Shown: piece by piece, positions 63,834 through 64,000 of the stretch | Layout of the letters: each line of letters opens with the position of its first letter | Numbering within the stretch: the stretch's first letter is position 1 | NCBI GenBank assembly: GCA_963704725.1 | Contig: OY969934.1 | Location: 1,856,001-1,920,000 of the forward strand | From: an uncultured Actinomycetes bacterium | GTDB taxonomy: Bacteria > Actinomycetota > UBA4738 > HRBIN12 | Length of the DNA stretch: 64,000 nt | Direction: 5' to 3' | Position numbers and translations under genes: made by a program | The notes under the pieces: generated by a model | What the model saw: only the letters and a program-made list of their open reading frames with translations | The model's database searches: none | What the model was told of the DNA's origin: nothing

Positions 63834-63920
63834 GTCGGAGTGGCGGAACTTGGTAGACGCGCTAGGTTGAGGGCCTAGTGACCTTCATTGGTCGTGGGGG
63901 TTCAAATCCCCCCTCCGACA
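63834..63920 (+). tRNA. tRNA-Leu(GAG)
   Basis: Acceptor stem GTCGGAG/CTCCGAC, anticodon arm CTAGG-TTGAGGG-CCTAG, long variable arm, TTCAAAT T-loop. Confidence 0.95.
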
Positions 63921-64000
63921 CGAACCGTACGCACACCACTCAAGTCCGCTTCCACCAGCACCCTTCGCTTGCTGGGCTCGTAGGTGAGTGACAGGCCGAG

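Overview
High-GC chromosomal window from an actinobacterium; the taxonomy is inferred from gene order (polA-rpsA-coaE-uvrB, uvrC-rapZ-gap-pgk-tpiA-secG) and promoter motifs. It is mostly core genes: lspA, RluA-family synthase, dnaE, a HisA/PriA-like gene plus trpCBA, polA, rpsA, coaE, uvrABC, glycolysis genes, secG, two tRNA-Leu and five ABC transporter clusters. No CRISPR array, rRNA, transposase or prophage was seen. Most notable observations: (1) an apparently non-coding, rod-shaped RNA of about 150-230 nt (6S/Ms1-like architecture) with a near-consensus promoter, divergent from polA; (2) PafBC (RecA-NDp)-type promoter motifs upstream of uvrB, uvrA and polA, and also upstream of two endonuclease genes, an HTH-LAGLIDADG next to tRNA-Leu(CAA) and a DUF222-HNH that also carries a LexA box; (3) a PriA-like protein with altered catalytic residues heading trpCBA where trpF is missing; (4) tandem DnaA boxes between dnaE and a divergent Fe-S PD-(D/E)XK nuclease; (5) absence of yvcK-whiA from their usual locus. 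Four single-base frameshifts in short base runs may be assembly errors. All folds, alignments and motif calls were made by eye; no searches were run.
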